A DNA stretch of 64,000 nucleotides from the human T2T-CHM13v2.0 reference genome, Homo sapiens, in assembly GCF_009914755.1 (NCBI RefSeq), contig NC_060933.1, one strand, 5' to 3'. Within the stretch, counting starts at the first letter, position 1. Every line of letters starts with the position of its first letter. This document shows, piece after piece, positions 1 through 18,330 of the stretch. The position numbers were made by a program, and so were the translations under genes. The notes under the pieces are model-generated. The model saw nothing but the letters and a program-made list of their open reading frames with translations. It ran no database searches and was not told where the DNA came from.

Positions 1-17
1 TTTCCCCCTTTCAATTG

Positions 18-2042
18 TTATGGTCCTTCCTCTTCAAACCTTTTTAACAAGTCTTGGCTTTGCTGTTCGACTTGATCCTCTAAAAGGAAAAGCTTATCTG
101 AATAAGGTGGAGGAGAGCTAAGGGAGGTTTTAGTAAGTACTGTTTCTATAAGCCTCTGTACTAGCCCACGGATACATGGTGTGACACAACACCCAAAAAG
201 AATGACTACACCTATTACGGCTGCAAGAGAAGTAAGAATTGAGGCTATGATTCCTTTCCATTTACCAAACCACCTTTCTAGCCATCCTGAAAAAGGGTCA
301 TTGACTCCAGAATTTTTAGCTAATTCATTGGATAAAGCAGTAAGGCCTTGTAAGGCCCTTGTTATGCTCCCACTAGGGGCAGTATTGTTTGGGATGAAGG
401 TACAACATTGAGTTTTGATCATAACACAAACTCCACCTTTTTTGGCTAATATCATGTCTAGGGCCATTCTGTTTTCCCAAGCCATCTGGCTAGTAGGCCC
501 TAACTGTTCAGCTATTCCTTTGACAGCATCTCTAGTGTAGTTAATAAACCGCTGCTGGTTATAATAGATGTAATTTATCCAATCTATGTTTTTACTGATA
601 GTTACCCACCAAAATATTGATTCAAATCCTGCAGCTATCTGGTCTTGAGCTTTGAATTTGTGTGGTACTCCCTGTGGGACTCCAGTTGCGTCTAAATAAA
701 CTTGAGAGTCAAAAGACCCATAAGGGGCTTCTCTTATTTTACGGTGTTGTGGCTTTTCTTTTTCTGGTTGAAGAAATGCAAGGGCAAAAGGGATAGCGAA
801 TTGGACAAGAGTGCAAGTACCACTCCAGTTACTTGGCAGAGTGTCCAGTAAGGGTCCACCACAATACCACCATACATCCGCTACATCCGCTCGAGAATGA
901 CTAACAGCAGACTGATGGGTAAGCTCTTGGAAGGGCTTAAGCTCACTACATCCCATTAAGCTTCCACGGAATGCCAAGTTTTCCCTTGTCATGAGAGACA
1001 TGAGATGAAACTGACATTGGGAGACGGAAGCTGGATGGCCCTCGGGGGCTGACCCGCAGGGTGTTGAACTTCAGGATAGAGCAGAGAGAGAGCTTGGCAT
1101 GATATATTGCCCCAAGCTGTAGAATCCTGGAAGAGAGCTACCATACAGCCCATGCTTGGTCGACGGGAGGACCATCTGAGTGGAAAGGGGACAATCTGGG
1201 CCTCTGGCCTGCTGTGCGCACAAGCATAACAATTGCTTTTGTTTAAAGTGTGGACGGAATATTTAATCCATTCCATCCAGGCATTTGCATCTTGATATCC
1301 TGTTTCAATTGCTAAAGTTTGTTTTAGGTCATTTACTTCTACAATATCTATTTTGGTTTTATCTTTGGGTGGAGGAAGAACAGAACATTGGGGGATAATG
1401 TAGAAGGAATGTAGGAGGTGAAGGAGTAATAAAACATATCTCAAAATATCCAATAAGATGTGCCCCTGCTATTTCGGCTCCCATGCCATATAAGCAACTT
1501 AAAGTAGGTTTAGGGTCAGTAGAAGTTGGAATGAGAATAGAAATTTGCACTGGATTACATTGGTTATACTGGCAATTATGGGGGGTACTTTCTTTAGTGA
1601 AGTGAATGTATGGTTTTAAGGACATACAACCACCGGTTGACGAGGTCCAGCCTTGATATTCAGTTGTCCACACAACATCATTCCAGCTATGGCAGACCTG
1701 TTTTCCTGCATTCGTTAAGGAACAAGGGTCTTGATAGGGGGAGCCTTTTATCTTAAAGGGGCAGAGATACTTCTCTGAGTCTGAGAGTTGCTTTTGACTT
1801 TGGAGATCTCCACAGGGTATGACAAGACATGCATCGAAGGTAATAGTTTGGGGTGAGCTTGACCTGGTTACATTAATAATGAGGTGGTCAGCCATAGAAT
1901 GAGGAAAGAAGAAGGAGTAATAGAATAGATGAAGGAGAGTTAAACTTTTCTTAGCGTTAGTTTGGTAGGGTTTTCCCCTGGGATAACGGCCCATGACTCC
2001 GGAGGTGGTGATGCTTTCTTGACTGGGGTGTGATGGGTCCAT
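18..2042 (-). pseudogene. ERV env (EnvP(b)/HERV-IP type) split by two frameshifts (near 1400 and 1000); the ATG-initiated 327-aa ORF 18-1001 keeps the C-terminal SU and the whole TM
   Basis: Three overlapping ORFs (1359-2042, 989-1453, 18-1001). Motifs: SU CxxC (CYAC), furin site RKIR, immunosuppressive-like WENRMALDMILAKKGG, CX6CC (CVMIKTQCC), hydrophobic TM IIASILTSLAAVIGVVILFGCCV. Confidence 0.92.
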
Positions 2043-2236
2043 CCTTTTTCTGCTATCTGGACTGTGGTTTCAGTGTTAGGAGCACCAGGTAAGGTCCTTC
2101 CCAGGCTGGTTCGAGTTTCTCCTCTTTCCAGCTTTTGATGAGGACATGATCCCCAGGCTGATGTTGATGTACTGGGAACTCCAGGGGCCGTGCCTGTGTT
2201 TTGAGACCTTTGGTTTTAAGAAAAGAGAACGTAGAG
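2040..2236 (-). pseudogene. ERV integrase C-terminal fragment
   Basis: Minus-strand translation STFSFLKTKGLKTQARPLEFPVHQHQPGDHVLIKSWKEEKLEPAWEGPYLVL contains the GPY/F motif. Confidence 0.88.
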
Positions 2237-2405
2237 TCTGATGAAAGCTTTTTATTTTTACTTTTTATTTTTATAAGCTCTGTTGGACTTGAGAAAGCTT
2301 TTTAAATTTTCTTTCTTTAAGCAGAATCTGATCAAATATTCAATATAACAGGAAACAGTGCATTTTATGCTTAAGGAGAAGAAAATGTAGCACATCATGA
2401 TTTAG

Positions 2406-2718
2406 TTGTTTTTTTTGTTTTTGTTTTTTGTTTTGTTTTGTTTTGTTTTTTTGAGATGGAGTCTCGCTCTTGTCACCCAGGCTGGAGTGCAGTGGCGCTA
2501 TCTCGGCTCACTGCAAGCTCCGCCTCCCGGATTCACGCCATTCTTCTGACTCAGCCTCCTGAGCAGCTGGGACTACAGGCGCCCGCCACCATGCCCGGCT
2601 AATTATTTTTTGTATTTTTAGTAGAGATGGAGTTTCACCGTGATCTCGATCTCCTGACCTTGTGATCCGCCCGCCTCCGCCTCCCAAAGTGCTGGGATTA
2701 CAGGCGTGAGCCAGCGGC
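2406..2718 (-). mobile_element. AluYd-type element
   Basis: Diagnostic ~12-bp left-arm deletion (GAGATCGAGATCACGGTGAAA), CpG-rich, TSD TCATGATTTAG at 2395-2405 and 2719-2729. Confidence 0.7.
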
Positions 2719-2978
2719 TCATGATTTAGGTTTTTAATACATTTCTATTTTGCAGATTGGGATTGAGACAGTTATGTTTGGTTTGGACAGTGACCCCAGT
2801 GTGATGATTGTCTGTGTGGCCTTAATGTTGACCCGGGTTGTTCTCATGAAAGATCATTTCAAGATCCATACAACCAAGATTTCAGGACTGTTGGCAAAAT
2901 AGGGGAAAGTAAGTCACTATGGTGATGCAGACACTCAAAAACGTCTGTATTGGGAAACTACTTCATTTGGGTTTATAA

Positions 2979-3278
<300 letters not shown>

Positions 3279-3287
3279 TGATTTCTT

Positions 3288-3629
3288 CACAGCACATATC
3301 ATTAAAAAGTTATCCCAAACACTAGACATTAAATGGGAATATCATACTCTTTGGCACCCACCTTTGTCAGGTAGGGTAGAAAGGATGAATCAGACCCTGA
3401 AGAACCACTTAACCAAATTAGTTCTAGAAACTTGGCTGCCATGGATTAAATGTCTTCCTATTGCCTTGTTAAGAATCTGAACTGCCCCTCGGAAAGATAC
3501 TGGCCTTTCTCCTTATGAGATGCTCTATGGATTGCCTTATTTACACTCCACTGCTGACATTCCTACATTAGAAACAAAAGACCAATTTCTCAGGAATTAT
3601 ATACTTGGTCTCTCCTCTACTTTCTCTTT
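3288..3629 (+). pseudogene. ERV integrase core fragment, inverted relative to the provirus
   Basis: [39 protein letters not shown]...SPYEMLYG...LGLSSTFS includes the catalytic-E region (SGRVERMN). Confidence 0.9.
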
Positions 3630-5793
<2,164 letters not shown>

Positions 5794-6389
5794 GTTGGGT
5801 TCCAATTAGGCTCAATCTCTCATACTGGAGACTTCTTACCTATTCTTCTCTTGAGGCTTGCTGAGGCTCAATCCCTCATATTAGAGATTTCTTGCTTATC
5901 CTTTAACCCCACCTGCTGGAGGCTCTTTGCACCCTTCTCCCTTTGCTTCGCCCACTCTGGCCACTTCCCTCTTGGGAATGTTTCAGGCCCCTCTTAGCAT
6001 TGATGGCGGGTCAGTATAAACCCCTGCTGGGACCCCCAAAGGGCCTCCCTAAGCCGTATGAGGTGACCACAGAACTGCAGATTGGACTCACTCACACTAC
6101 ACAGCAGTCATGCTTGTTGCCATTCATGTGCTTTAAGCCTCCAGAATATCCCAACCACCAAGGAAGTACTTTGTTGCTGCTGCAAAGTTTCTTACCTTAG
6201 TATGTGCACAGAGTTACTTGGTCGCCACGGTGTTGCAAGACTTTTTCTCCTCGCGATGCTGAGAGTCTGGGTTTATTCGTTGCACCAGGTGGGTCCTGAT
6301 TCTTCACCCTGAGGCCACCTCAATGAGGCAGTGGGACGCGTCTCCTCATGAGAGGTGACTGGAGACCCCTTTCCTGGAGGAAAATGGGG

Positions 6390-6407
6390 ATCCTGGATGA
6401 GTCCCCA
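6390..6407 (-). promoter_or_regulatory. Primer binding site, tRNA-Pro type
   Basis: TGGGGACTCATCCAGGAT matches the tRNA-Pro PBS TGGGGGCTCGTCCGGGAT at 15/18 and lies 4 nt from the LTR end. Confidence 0.85.
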
Positions 6408-6411
6408 GATT

Positions 6412-6898
6412 TGCTGGAAACAAATGCTCAGAGCTGCAAAGTGAAACCAGCACTCAGGCAAAGGTTTTCTCAGCAAGGCAATTTACTTCTGCAGAAGGGT
6501 GCTGCCTGTGTCAATCACGATCACAGGAGCACACTGAACAAAGGAGGGAAAGGGTTTTTATCCCTAATGCAGTCCCTACCTCTGTGTCACTACCCCAGGG
6601 GTTGGGGTTGGACCACACATTCTAAGTTGACCTGATTGGCTATTTGTGAATACTTTTCCAAATAAGGAAGGGAAGGGGGATGTGAGTTACAGTGATGGGA
6701 CGTGCAGTTTCAGTGGGAAGAATGGGTGCAGAGTGGGTAACCAAGGGAAAGATGTGAGTTATTGATTAGAACTGGTGAGAAGGTTGTTACAGTAACTAGA
6801 GGCAAGGAGACATGGAGAACAAGGAAGCTGAGTTTGAGAACAAAGAATAAGGAAGTTAACAGGCTAAATCTTTGAAGGGGAATTTACTGTATCTTACA
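6412..6898 (-). mobile_element. 5' LTR, LTR10B-like
   Basis: TG...CA termini; minus strand begins TGTAAGATACAGTAAATTCCCCTTCAAAGATTTAGCC; adjacent to the PBS. Confidence 0.8.
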
Positions 6899-7142
6899 TT
6901 CACCATCCACCCATTGCTCAGCAGATAGCCTGTGCTTGGCTCAGGGTCGTGCTATGAGTGCCCATCAAGGCCCTCAGGCATTGGGACATCAGGCGGCAAG
7001 TACACATGGTAGCCCCAGGTGTGAAAATGCCCAAGGAGAACATCAAGAGAGGCCACGCTGTCAGCCACCACCTCTAGACACGATGGTTGAAGAGAGCTGC
7101 CTCACTGGATTAGTGCTTCACCAGAGAAACAGAGATAAGATG

Positions 7143-7183
<41 letters not shown>

Positions 7184-7194
7184 CCTATCTATCT
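7143..7194. repeat. (TATC)n microsatellite; second block at 8421-8488
   Basis: Direct reading of the sequence. Confidence 0.95.
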
Positions 7195-7594
7195 GAATGT
7201 AAACCAAATATAAAGTCTAAGCCTCCTAACTGACTGAATGGATCAGTGGCCAAAGGGATTCCAAAGACATGGGAAAAACTAGTTCAGGTCATGACAGGAA
7301 GGGACGAGGGGTCAGACGTGCCTCATTATACTCCCTCCCTTTTGGAGTTTAGAAAAACTGACCAGTATTATCATTAAAATAGAGATCCCAAGACTGACAA
7401 CACAGATTCTGTGTAGCAATGAGATACCCACTCTGAACTGACCCTGGTATAACATCCCATGACAGATAACAGGCCCTAAAGGGAATCAAAGTATTTTATT
7501 CCAAAATTTATTTTTCTTTGACATATATTAAAATGGACCTGTAAAGCTTTTTCTTTTCTTTCTTTCTTTCTTTTTTTTTTTTTTTTTTTTGTGA

Positions 7595-7699
<105 letters not shown>

Positions 7700-8435
7700 T
7701 GAGTAGCTGGGATTACAGATGCCCACCACCACACCTGGCTTATTTTTTGTTTTTTTAGTAGAGATGGGATTTCATCACGTTGGCCAGGCTGGCCTTGAAC
7801 TCCTGACCTCAGGTGATCCACCTGCCTTGGCCTCCCAAAATGCTGGGATTACAGGTGTAAGCCACAACGCCCAGCACAAAGCCATTTCTTGTGGGGAAAA
7901 TCTACACTCTGTAGAAAATCCCCTTCCCTTTCCAGGTCTTTTCCTGATCCAGGAGAGATTTAATTAAGAGTCTGGCACCTTTTAAGGTCTGATAAGAGAC
8001 AGTTACCATCTATTCTCTCTGAAGCGTGCCACCTGGAGGCTCCATCTACATAACAAGTACCTCAGCTTCCACAGCCCCCCTTATCTTAACCCCAAGCATT
8101 TCTATCTGCTGACTTCAACTCTTCAGTCAAAGTTTAATTCTTACAACTAATTTCCAATCAGGAAATCTTTGAATCCGCCTATGACCTGGAAGCGTCTTGC
8201 TTCGAGATGTCTTGCCTTTCCAGGCTAAACCAATGTATAGCTTACATGTATTAATTTATGTCTTTGCCTGTAACTTCTGTCTCCCTAAAATGTATAAAAT
8301 CAAGCTATAACCCAAACACCTTGGGCACCAGTTCTCAGAACCACCTGAGGATCATGATCCTCACATTTGTCTCAGAATAAACCTTTTCAAATATTTTACA
8401 GAATTTGGCTTTTTTCATCAGTCTATCTATCTATC

Positions 8436-8484
<49 letters not shown>

Positions 8485-9186
8485 CCTATGGTAAAAGGAA
8501 TATAAATCCTGGGATTTCCAAATCACTAAGCCAAAGGGGAAAGTCAGGCTGGGAACTGCATCAGGCAAACCTGCCTCCCATTTTATTCCTAAATAAGATA
8601 GCTACAAAGATAAAAAAGCTACATGTTTCCCTAAAATATATAAAACCAAGCTGTACCCCAGCCACCTTGGGCACATGTCATCAGGACCTCCTGAGGCTGT
8701 GTCATGAGCACATCCTTAATCTTGGCAAAATAAACTTCCTAAATAGATTGAGAGGTTTATTTTGAGGCACTGGTTCATATGACTGTGGGGCTGGCAAGTC
8801 TGGAATGTGCAGGGCAGGTGGCAGGCTGAAAACTCAGAGAAGAGTTGAAGCTGCTGCTCGGGCCCAAAGGCAGTTTGCTGGCAGAATTCCCTCCTCCATG
8901 GGGGAGGTGAGCCTTTTTCTTAAGGCCTTCAACTGATTGCATGAGCCCTGTAGGGGAGGAATAAAATATCTTTACCCTATCCATCTTAGGGTTCATTGGA
9001 TGAGGCCCCGCAAATTAGACTAGTAGAAGACGAAGAAACAGGAGAAAAACAAACCAAAGTTTGCTAAAGCATGCTTACACATGGGAGGACTCAGAGATGA
9101 GTCGTTGAAAGGGGTAGTTAGTACTTGGGCTTAGGGCCGGGCACGGTGGCACACACCTGTAATCCCAGCACTTTGGGTGGCTGAAG

Positions 9187-9737
9187 TGTTACAGGAAAAG
9201 GGTCCTGATCCAGACCCCAAGAGAGGGTTCTTGGAACTCACACAAGAAAGAATTCAGTGCGAGTCCATACAGTAAAGTGAAAGCAAGTTTATTAAGAAAC
9301 TAAAGGAATAAAGAATGGCTACTCCATAGGCAGAGCAGCCCTGAGGGCTGCTGGTTGCCCATTTTTATGGCTATTTCTTGACTACATGCTAAACAAGGGG
9401 TGTATTATTCCTGCCTCCCCTTTTTAGACCTATAGGGTAACTTCCTGATGTTGCCATGGCATCTGTAAACCGTCATGGTGCTGGTGGGAGTGTAGCAGTG
9501 AGGATGACCAGAGGTCACTCTTGTCGCTCTCTTGGTTTTTGTGAGTTTTAGCCCACTTCTTTGCTGCAAGCTGTTTTATCAGCAAGGTCTTTATGACCTG
9601 TATCTTGTGATGACCTCCTATCTTATCCTGTGACTTAGAATGCCTGACTGTCTGGGAATGCAGGCCAGCATTTCTCAGCCTTATTTCACCCAGCCGCTAT
9701 TCAAAATGGAGTTGCTCTGGTTCAAACTCCTTTGACA
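9187..9737 (-). mobile_element. MER51-family solo LTR inserted inside an Alu
   Basis: TGTTACAGGAAAAGGGTCCTGATCCAGACCCCAAGAGAGGG...GACA; Alu left arm breaks at 9186 and resumes at 9738; related copy at 46706-47331. Confidence 0.8.
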
Positions 9738-10968
9738 GAGACAGGTGGATCACTTGAGTCCAGGAGTTCGAGACCACCCTAGGCAACATGGCAAAACCCT
9801 GTCTCTACAAAAAAATACATAAAAATTAGCTGGGCATGGTGGCATGTGCCTGTGTTCCCAACTACTTGGGGGGCTGAGGCGGGAGGATCACTGAGTCTGA
9901 GAGGCAGAGGTTGCAGTGAGCTGAGGTTGCATGGATATTGCAGTGAGTCCATACCGCACCACTGCACTCCAGCCTGAGTGACAGAGTGGGGCCCTGTCTC
10001 AAAAACAAAAAAAGAACTTGGGCTGAGATTGTTGTGTCTTAATAAAGAAGAATAACTTTGTCGAGAATTGACTAGAAAAAGGAAAGAGGAGTTAGGCTTT
10101 TAGGGGCAGCGAACAGACAAGGTTAATGTCTGGGGAAAAGGCAAGAAAGGGCTTGTGTGAGTAGTCTTCCTTGGTGCTATCTCATCTCGGTGATCTGGCT
10201 GTTAGCCCCTTCCTGATACAGGAAAGTGGGGAGCACCTTCACAAATGAAAATTTGTGCTCTGTTTTAAGGAAGTGAGTGGGGCAGCAGAGAGCTCACTTT
10301 GTCTACTTTTTTCAGTTGCCTTCAACTCAAAATAATACTTACGCCAGAGCGGCTTGTTCTGGGCGGCACATCCTGAACCCCTTCAGCCCCACCTGTATTA
10401 CGGAGGTTCATCTGCTTCACTCAAAGTCTGGTGACTTAAACGTTAATCTCATCTGAAAAATACCTTTCCAGAAACCATCTAGAATAATGCTTGACCAAAT
10501 ATTTGGGTACAAGACCCAACTAAGTTCACACATGAAATTAACCATCACACTGACTAAGTGAAAATGATGAAGACCATTCCAGGAAAGTGGATGATGGGTC
10601 CTGACTTGGATGAGGAAAGGTGGGGAAGTGGTCTGAGTGCACCGCAGTGAAGCAGGGAGAGGGGAGCTGAAGCCACATGGTGGAGGGCCCTGAGGATATA
10701 TAGGGAGTTTTGAGTATTCTGAGAGGTATGGAGATGAAACTGCTAAAGGAAAAAAATATGTATTTGTGGTGTTAGGTACCAGGGACTTCTATAAAGATCT
10801 TCTAGTTCTACATGGCAGGTGTAAAATGGGGTGCTCTGAGGAAGACTGTTTGCCCTACTGAAGAGTGAAGGCTGGATTCTAGTTGCGATGGGGAAGAACA
10901 ATATTAAATATGACAAGTAGCCCTCACTTTACACTTTTACTCCAAAAGGATACTTGAACCGTCACTGA

Positions 10969-11286
<318 letters not shown>

Positions 11287-11463
11287 TAACCACTACTTTT
11301 AAACATTTTTTTATGTGATGTTAAATGGCATTGCATTGGCTTGCGCTACAGGCTCCTATAGTACTGAGGCTGTAATAAAGAGCCAGTTTCCACTAGAACA
11401 CAACTGAAGCTTTTTTTTGTTTTTTTTTGACTGCCTGGAAAGTCAGTTTCGCTTTCATAATGA

Positions 11464-11682
<219 letters not shown>

Positions 11683-12269
11683 TGACACCACGCCTGTCTA
11701 ATTTTTTTGTATTTTTAGTGGAGATGGGGTTTCACCGTGTTAGCCAGGATGGTCTCGATCTCCTGACCTCGAATGATCCACCCGCCTCGGCCTCCCAAAG
11801 CGGCAAAGCGATGGGATTACAGGCGTGAGCCACCGTGCCTGGCCACTGATTTTTAAGTAGCCACCAGGTAGCACTTGAGAGCAGAGAGAGGAAAAATGGA
11901 CTCTCAGTGATCACAAAAGGCAGGAGGCTCAGGACCAAGGCCAGAGCTGAAATATTTATCAGGAGTCCCCTCCGAGTACTGCAAAGTGACCTTTTAAGAG
12001 TTCTTGAGAAAAAGAAGCCCCAGGAAGGGGGGCTGAGTGTGAAGAGGCCCTCCCCACCCCATCTATGGCTGTGTTTGGGTCTGTGGCCCCTGCGGGGAAG
12101 AGCTTCCAGAAGAGCCTCCTTTCTTTATCTGGAACTCAGCAGTGTTTCCAAGAGGCTTCTATTCCTAGCTCTCATTGCAATATGCATCTCAAGCCAGCTT
12201 GATGAGCGCAGAAGTACTGGAGAAAACAAAAGCGAACCGTAAGAGGCTGCGGGCTCTGGCAGGGTGTAG

Positions 12270-12835
<566 letters not shown>

Positions 12836-13481
12836 TGAAGGAAATGCCACCTTCTCACCTCCATTCCCCTCCTCGCTGTGGCAGCAGCCCCTTGCCTGCA
12901 GAAGCCAGCTACCACCATGTGTCCTGATGACCTGTTCTCGTGAAAAATTATGACGCTCACACTGGGCTCTGTGTCACGCCTTCTCTGGGGGCCTGGCATG
13001 TATGAAAAAAGATAGCTCTTCACAGAGAAGGGGCTAAAGTCAGGCTCTGGTCACACCAGTGGCCTCTAAGCTTTCTGCGAAAGGCCAAGGATTATTTTTC
13101 AGGGATCTTCTTAAAATTCAAGAGTTTTTCCCTCTATGAGCAGGTATTTTCATTTTTTAGCAGAAGCTAAGTGTGTAGGTAGAAAATTGAGGTGCATGTC
13201 AGAAATTTCTTTTTTTTAGGACATAAAGATAGTTCAACTTAAAAAAAAAGGAAGAGAAATGAACCCCATCCTTTGCCCAGCGGGAATCTCATTGACCTAA
13301 TGGAAATCAATAACTGCTTTCATTTCCTGCAGATTTACTTTCTATAGAAATGTGCCTTTGTGGAGCATGCGGCAGGGCAGCCCCGGGCCTGTGGTGAGCA
13401 CTGGTAGCGGCTTGTGGGGCTTGTTAGCCCTGAGCTCCCCTGGCTGTGCCGCTGGCGGGTGGTCCCTGTGTTCTGCAGTTA

Positions 13482-14820
<1,339 letters not shown>

Positions 14821-15079
14821 CAGAGGGCATGTTACGGCCACAGTGGGCCATCACCCCATCCCCCACCCCCAGCTGCCACAGCTGCGTCCCTGGTGGAGCT
14901 GCATCCCAGGCAGAGGCTCACTGGCCACTGGAGCCCTCTCTGTTTGGGTTTGTGTCAGGCCAGAGCTGCCCACTGGCCTTCAGGCATGACCAAGGAAGCC
15001 AGAGCCCAGTGGGGAGATGACTTTGGGTTGCACATTCCACCCTGTCCCCAGAGCTCCTATTAAAGGATAATATCTTCAT

Positions 15080-15463
15080 GACACCTGCGAAAGTTTGGTG
15101 GGGACCGTCACTGCAGGTGCAGGAGATGCTGCACTGGGGTCTTGTAGTGGGCGAGAGAGATTGAGCCCAACTCTGAATAGAGCATGGGCAGGGGGGATTT
15201 TACAGCCAAGGAGCAGGGTGGGGGTCAGCGGATGGAGAATTGCTAAGAGGAAGTGTCAGGGGTGAGGGGGATTCTGGCTAAACTGACCTAATAGGATTCT
15301 CGCTGAAGACAGGCCAGGGTGACCAGATGTCACCTGAAACCGATCAGATATGGAGGGTGATCAGATATCAAGGGTGGGGGTTCTAGCCAAACTGGATCTT
15401 ACAAGGTCTAGGAGAAGGTTCGGGAGCCTGACTCAAGTACCGTCAGGGCAACAATCTTTGTCA
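15080..15463 (-). mobile_element. MER31-like LTR
   Basis: AGAGAGATTGAGCCCAACTCTGAATA...GCCAAGGAGCAGGGTGGGGGTCAG...AATCTTTGTCA. Confidence 0.65.
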
Positions 15464-15954
15464 CTTCCCAGTGGTCCCTTCCTGCCTCCTCCCCTCCTTG
15501 CGCAGAGTCTCCTCTGAGAGAATCCAAAGTAGCTCCTGACCTTGGTCAAGGTACTGGGCTAGACATGGGGGAAAGACTTGGATACTCAGGGTAGGGCAAC
15601 ATCACCAAGAGGGAGCAGTGGCTGCCTCTTATTTTGTCCAGGAGAGAAGCAATTACTTGGCTGATCACTGGCCTTTAGTGCAGAGGGCCCCAGTGGTGTG
15701 CAGAGCACACCAGATATTTTTGGCTCCAGGCATAAAAAGAAGGCTGATTTTGAGCACTTATCTGATAGGTAATCCATAAGCCACACTGCAATGGCTGGTT
15801 GGGTTGGCACAGGTCTATGTGCCCTGGGTGGAGGGAAGGTGCCATTTCCCACCTGCATGTGGGTCCTCTGAGCCCACAGGCTTGGTTCTTCAGTACAAGT
15901 AGCTACAGGGTGGCAGGAGAGAAGGTAGCCCAGATGGTTCTGCACGTCTCTGGT

Positions 15955-16300
15955 TTAGCTACTAAAGGACTGAGTACACAAACAGACAATGGTCAGACTA
16001 TATAAAAAAACAGAGCCCTGCCCCACAGTCTGCAGCAAGCTGCCCAGGAAACCAATGTTTATCTACAGGAACCAGCCCAGGCAGGCAGGCTGTCCATTAC
16101 AAGTCAGACTTCTAGGAAGTCAGACTGCTATCTCTAGTGACAATCCAGGAAGCCAACCAATAACTCTCCTGTAACAGTTGGCCCCAAATGGCCAGGGCTT
16201 GATCGGTAACTGACAGCTTCCCATTTTTTGTTCCTGCTTCCAACTTAGGACCAACCAGAGAATGCCAAATATGCTTGTCACATTTGACCTCAACTCCTCC
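15955..16300 (+). mobile_element. MER39-like LTR fragment
   Basis: CAGCAAGCTGCCCAGGAAACCAA...CTAGTGACAATCCAGGAAGC...TTCCTGCTTCCAACTTAGGACCAACCAGAG. Confidence 0.6.
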
Positions 16301-17391
16301 TCCCACCGTTGATTCCGTATAACCAGGAAAGGGGCCAACACACTTGCTAAATGGCCACACGTGCTTCTGGGAACTGGCTGAGCTTATGGCCTTGGCCGGT
16401 CTAGAGGCGCTAGAATGTGCTCCCTGGTCCTGCACACAGACACGGACTTGAAAAGGCCAAGCCCTTCCAACACCTGAGTCATTTGCGCTGCAACCTCTGC
16501 AGCTGGGACGGGAGCCCAGGTGTTGACCACCTGACCCAGGCCACCCAGGGGTATCCAGCCTGGAGGGGAAGTCACCTCACTGGGAAGATCTTCTCTTTTG
16601 GTTTGATCTGAATTCAACAACAGCTTTCATGTTAAGAGCAACATCTGTAACTATGATGCTCCTCCAATGACGGAGCCTGGGTCCTGGGCACTGGGTGGTG
16701 CAGACGAAGCTGTGAGAGAGCTCAGTGCTTCTTCTGTGATACACAGAAGGGTGAACGCAAGTATCTCAGCGCTGTGCCTTTGAGAATTCGCCCTGCCTCT
16801 GCGAGACTCAGCTTCCTCACATTTGAAGTTGCTACCACTCTGGTTTTATGTTGAGCTTGAGCAAGTGTGATTTGGGAGCCCCGGGAAAGGCTGTCCATTG
16901 TCAGTTATCACTGTCGTCTCTGCATCAGTGGCCATGGGGCAGGATGTGGGACTTCTGGGGGTGCAAGAGGTCACATGATCCTGGCACCCAGGGGGTGCTG
17001 GAGGGGCAAGGTGTGGGAAAGAAGCGTGTGTCGTGCAAAGGGCTTGGCAGCACATCCCAGAGCCGAGCACAGGGCCCGTACAAAATGAGGTTTGTGGGAA
17101 CATGCTGTGAGCAGAGGAGCCGCAGAGGGCTCAGGGCCCTGGAGCTCTTCCATCTGCAAAACGGTGCAGAAGCAGCAGGAGATTGTCCTGGAGGGAGGGA
17201 TCCTGCCCTTGGGACCCTGCCCCATGATGCTGGGAACATCTGTGAGAGAGTGTAGCAGGGAGTACCTGGTCAAGGCCAGGGCCGGCTCCTGGGCTTCTGT
17301 TGAGCGACGTCGGCCTCCCTGCCTGGCTTGCTGAGATCTGGATTTGCCTCTCGCCAGAATCCCCACTCATCTTCCACTTTGCCCAGGCACA

Positions 17392-17771
17392 TGGGTCAGT
17401 TTGGGCTGCCGTAACAAAGTGCCACACGCTGGGGGACTTAGACAACAGAAATTTATTTTCTCACAGTTCTGGAGGCTGGATATCTAAGATCCAGGCATTG
17501 ACAGGGTGGTTTCTCCTGAGGCTTCCCCTTGGCTTGCAGATCGCGTCTTCTCCCTGGGTCCTCACATGGTCGCCTTCTGTGCTTGTCAGTGTCCTCATCT
17601 CCTCTTCTTGTAGGACACCAGTCATGATGAGTCAGGACCCACCCTAAGGGCCTCATTTTAACTTGATGACCTCTTTGAAGCCACCATCTCCAAATACAGA
17701 CACATCTGAAGTCCTGGAGGTTAGAACTTCCATGTCTGAATTTTGGGGGAGACGCGATTTGGCCCACGGCA
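17392..17771 (-). mobile_element. MLT1A/B-type MaLR LTR
   Basis: GGGCTGCCGTAACAAAGTGCCAC...CTCACAGTTCTGGAGGCTGG...CCATCTCCAAATACAG; related copy at 39746-40152. Confidence 0.85.
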
Positions 17772-18204
17772 CCAGCAACCAGAGGCATTAGGAAGGAGAC
17801 AGGTGTGAGGCAGGGCGTCAGACTCCATGGCACTGTGTCAGGCTCTCACAATCACACATTGTAGGTGGTCCTCATGCTTTAACATAAAGAAACTGAGGCG
17901 AAGGTAACGTAACTTATCCAGGCAGCGTAGTTGGCCAGCAGCGGCCAGCATATCTGAGACTTATTCTAAAGCCCAAGCTCCTCCGCTGGACTTCACAAAG
18001 AAGAGTGGGCGTTGGCGATCTGTGGGTTCCCAGATGCAGAGTCGTCAGTACTCAAAATACACCGTCAGGTATGTGTGGTGAAGTTCATAGCCTTCAAAGT
18101 TCCAGAATGCCCCTAAATATCTGTTGCTGACAGTCAATGACACAGATCAATTTATCTCATAGGATGGAAGGAAAGTTAAATTATTACCAGGGACCCTTCG
18201 ATTA

Positions 18205-18330
<126 letters not shown>

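Noticed and set aside
6797-6830. p53 response element in the LTR10 copy
   Set aside because: Some LTR10 subfamilies carry p53 sites, but the CWWG cores here lack the YYY half of RRRCWWGYYY
14873-15063. Possible additional exon of the + strand lost gene
   Set aside because: No convincing donor, and the exon chain is phase-complete without it
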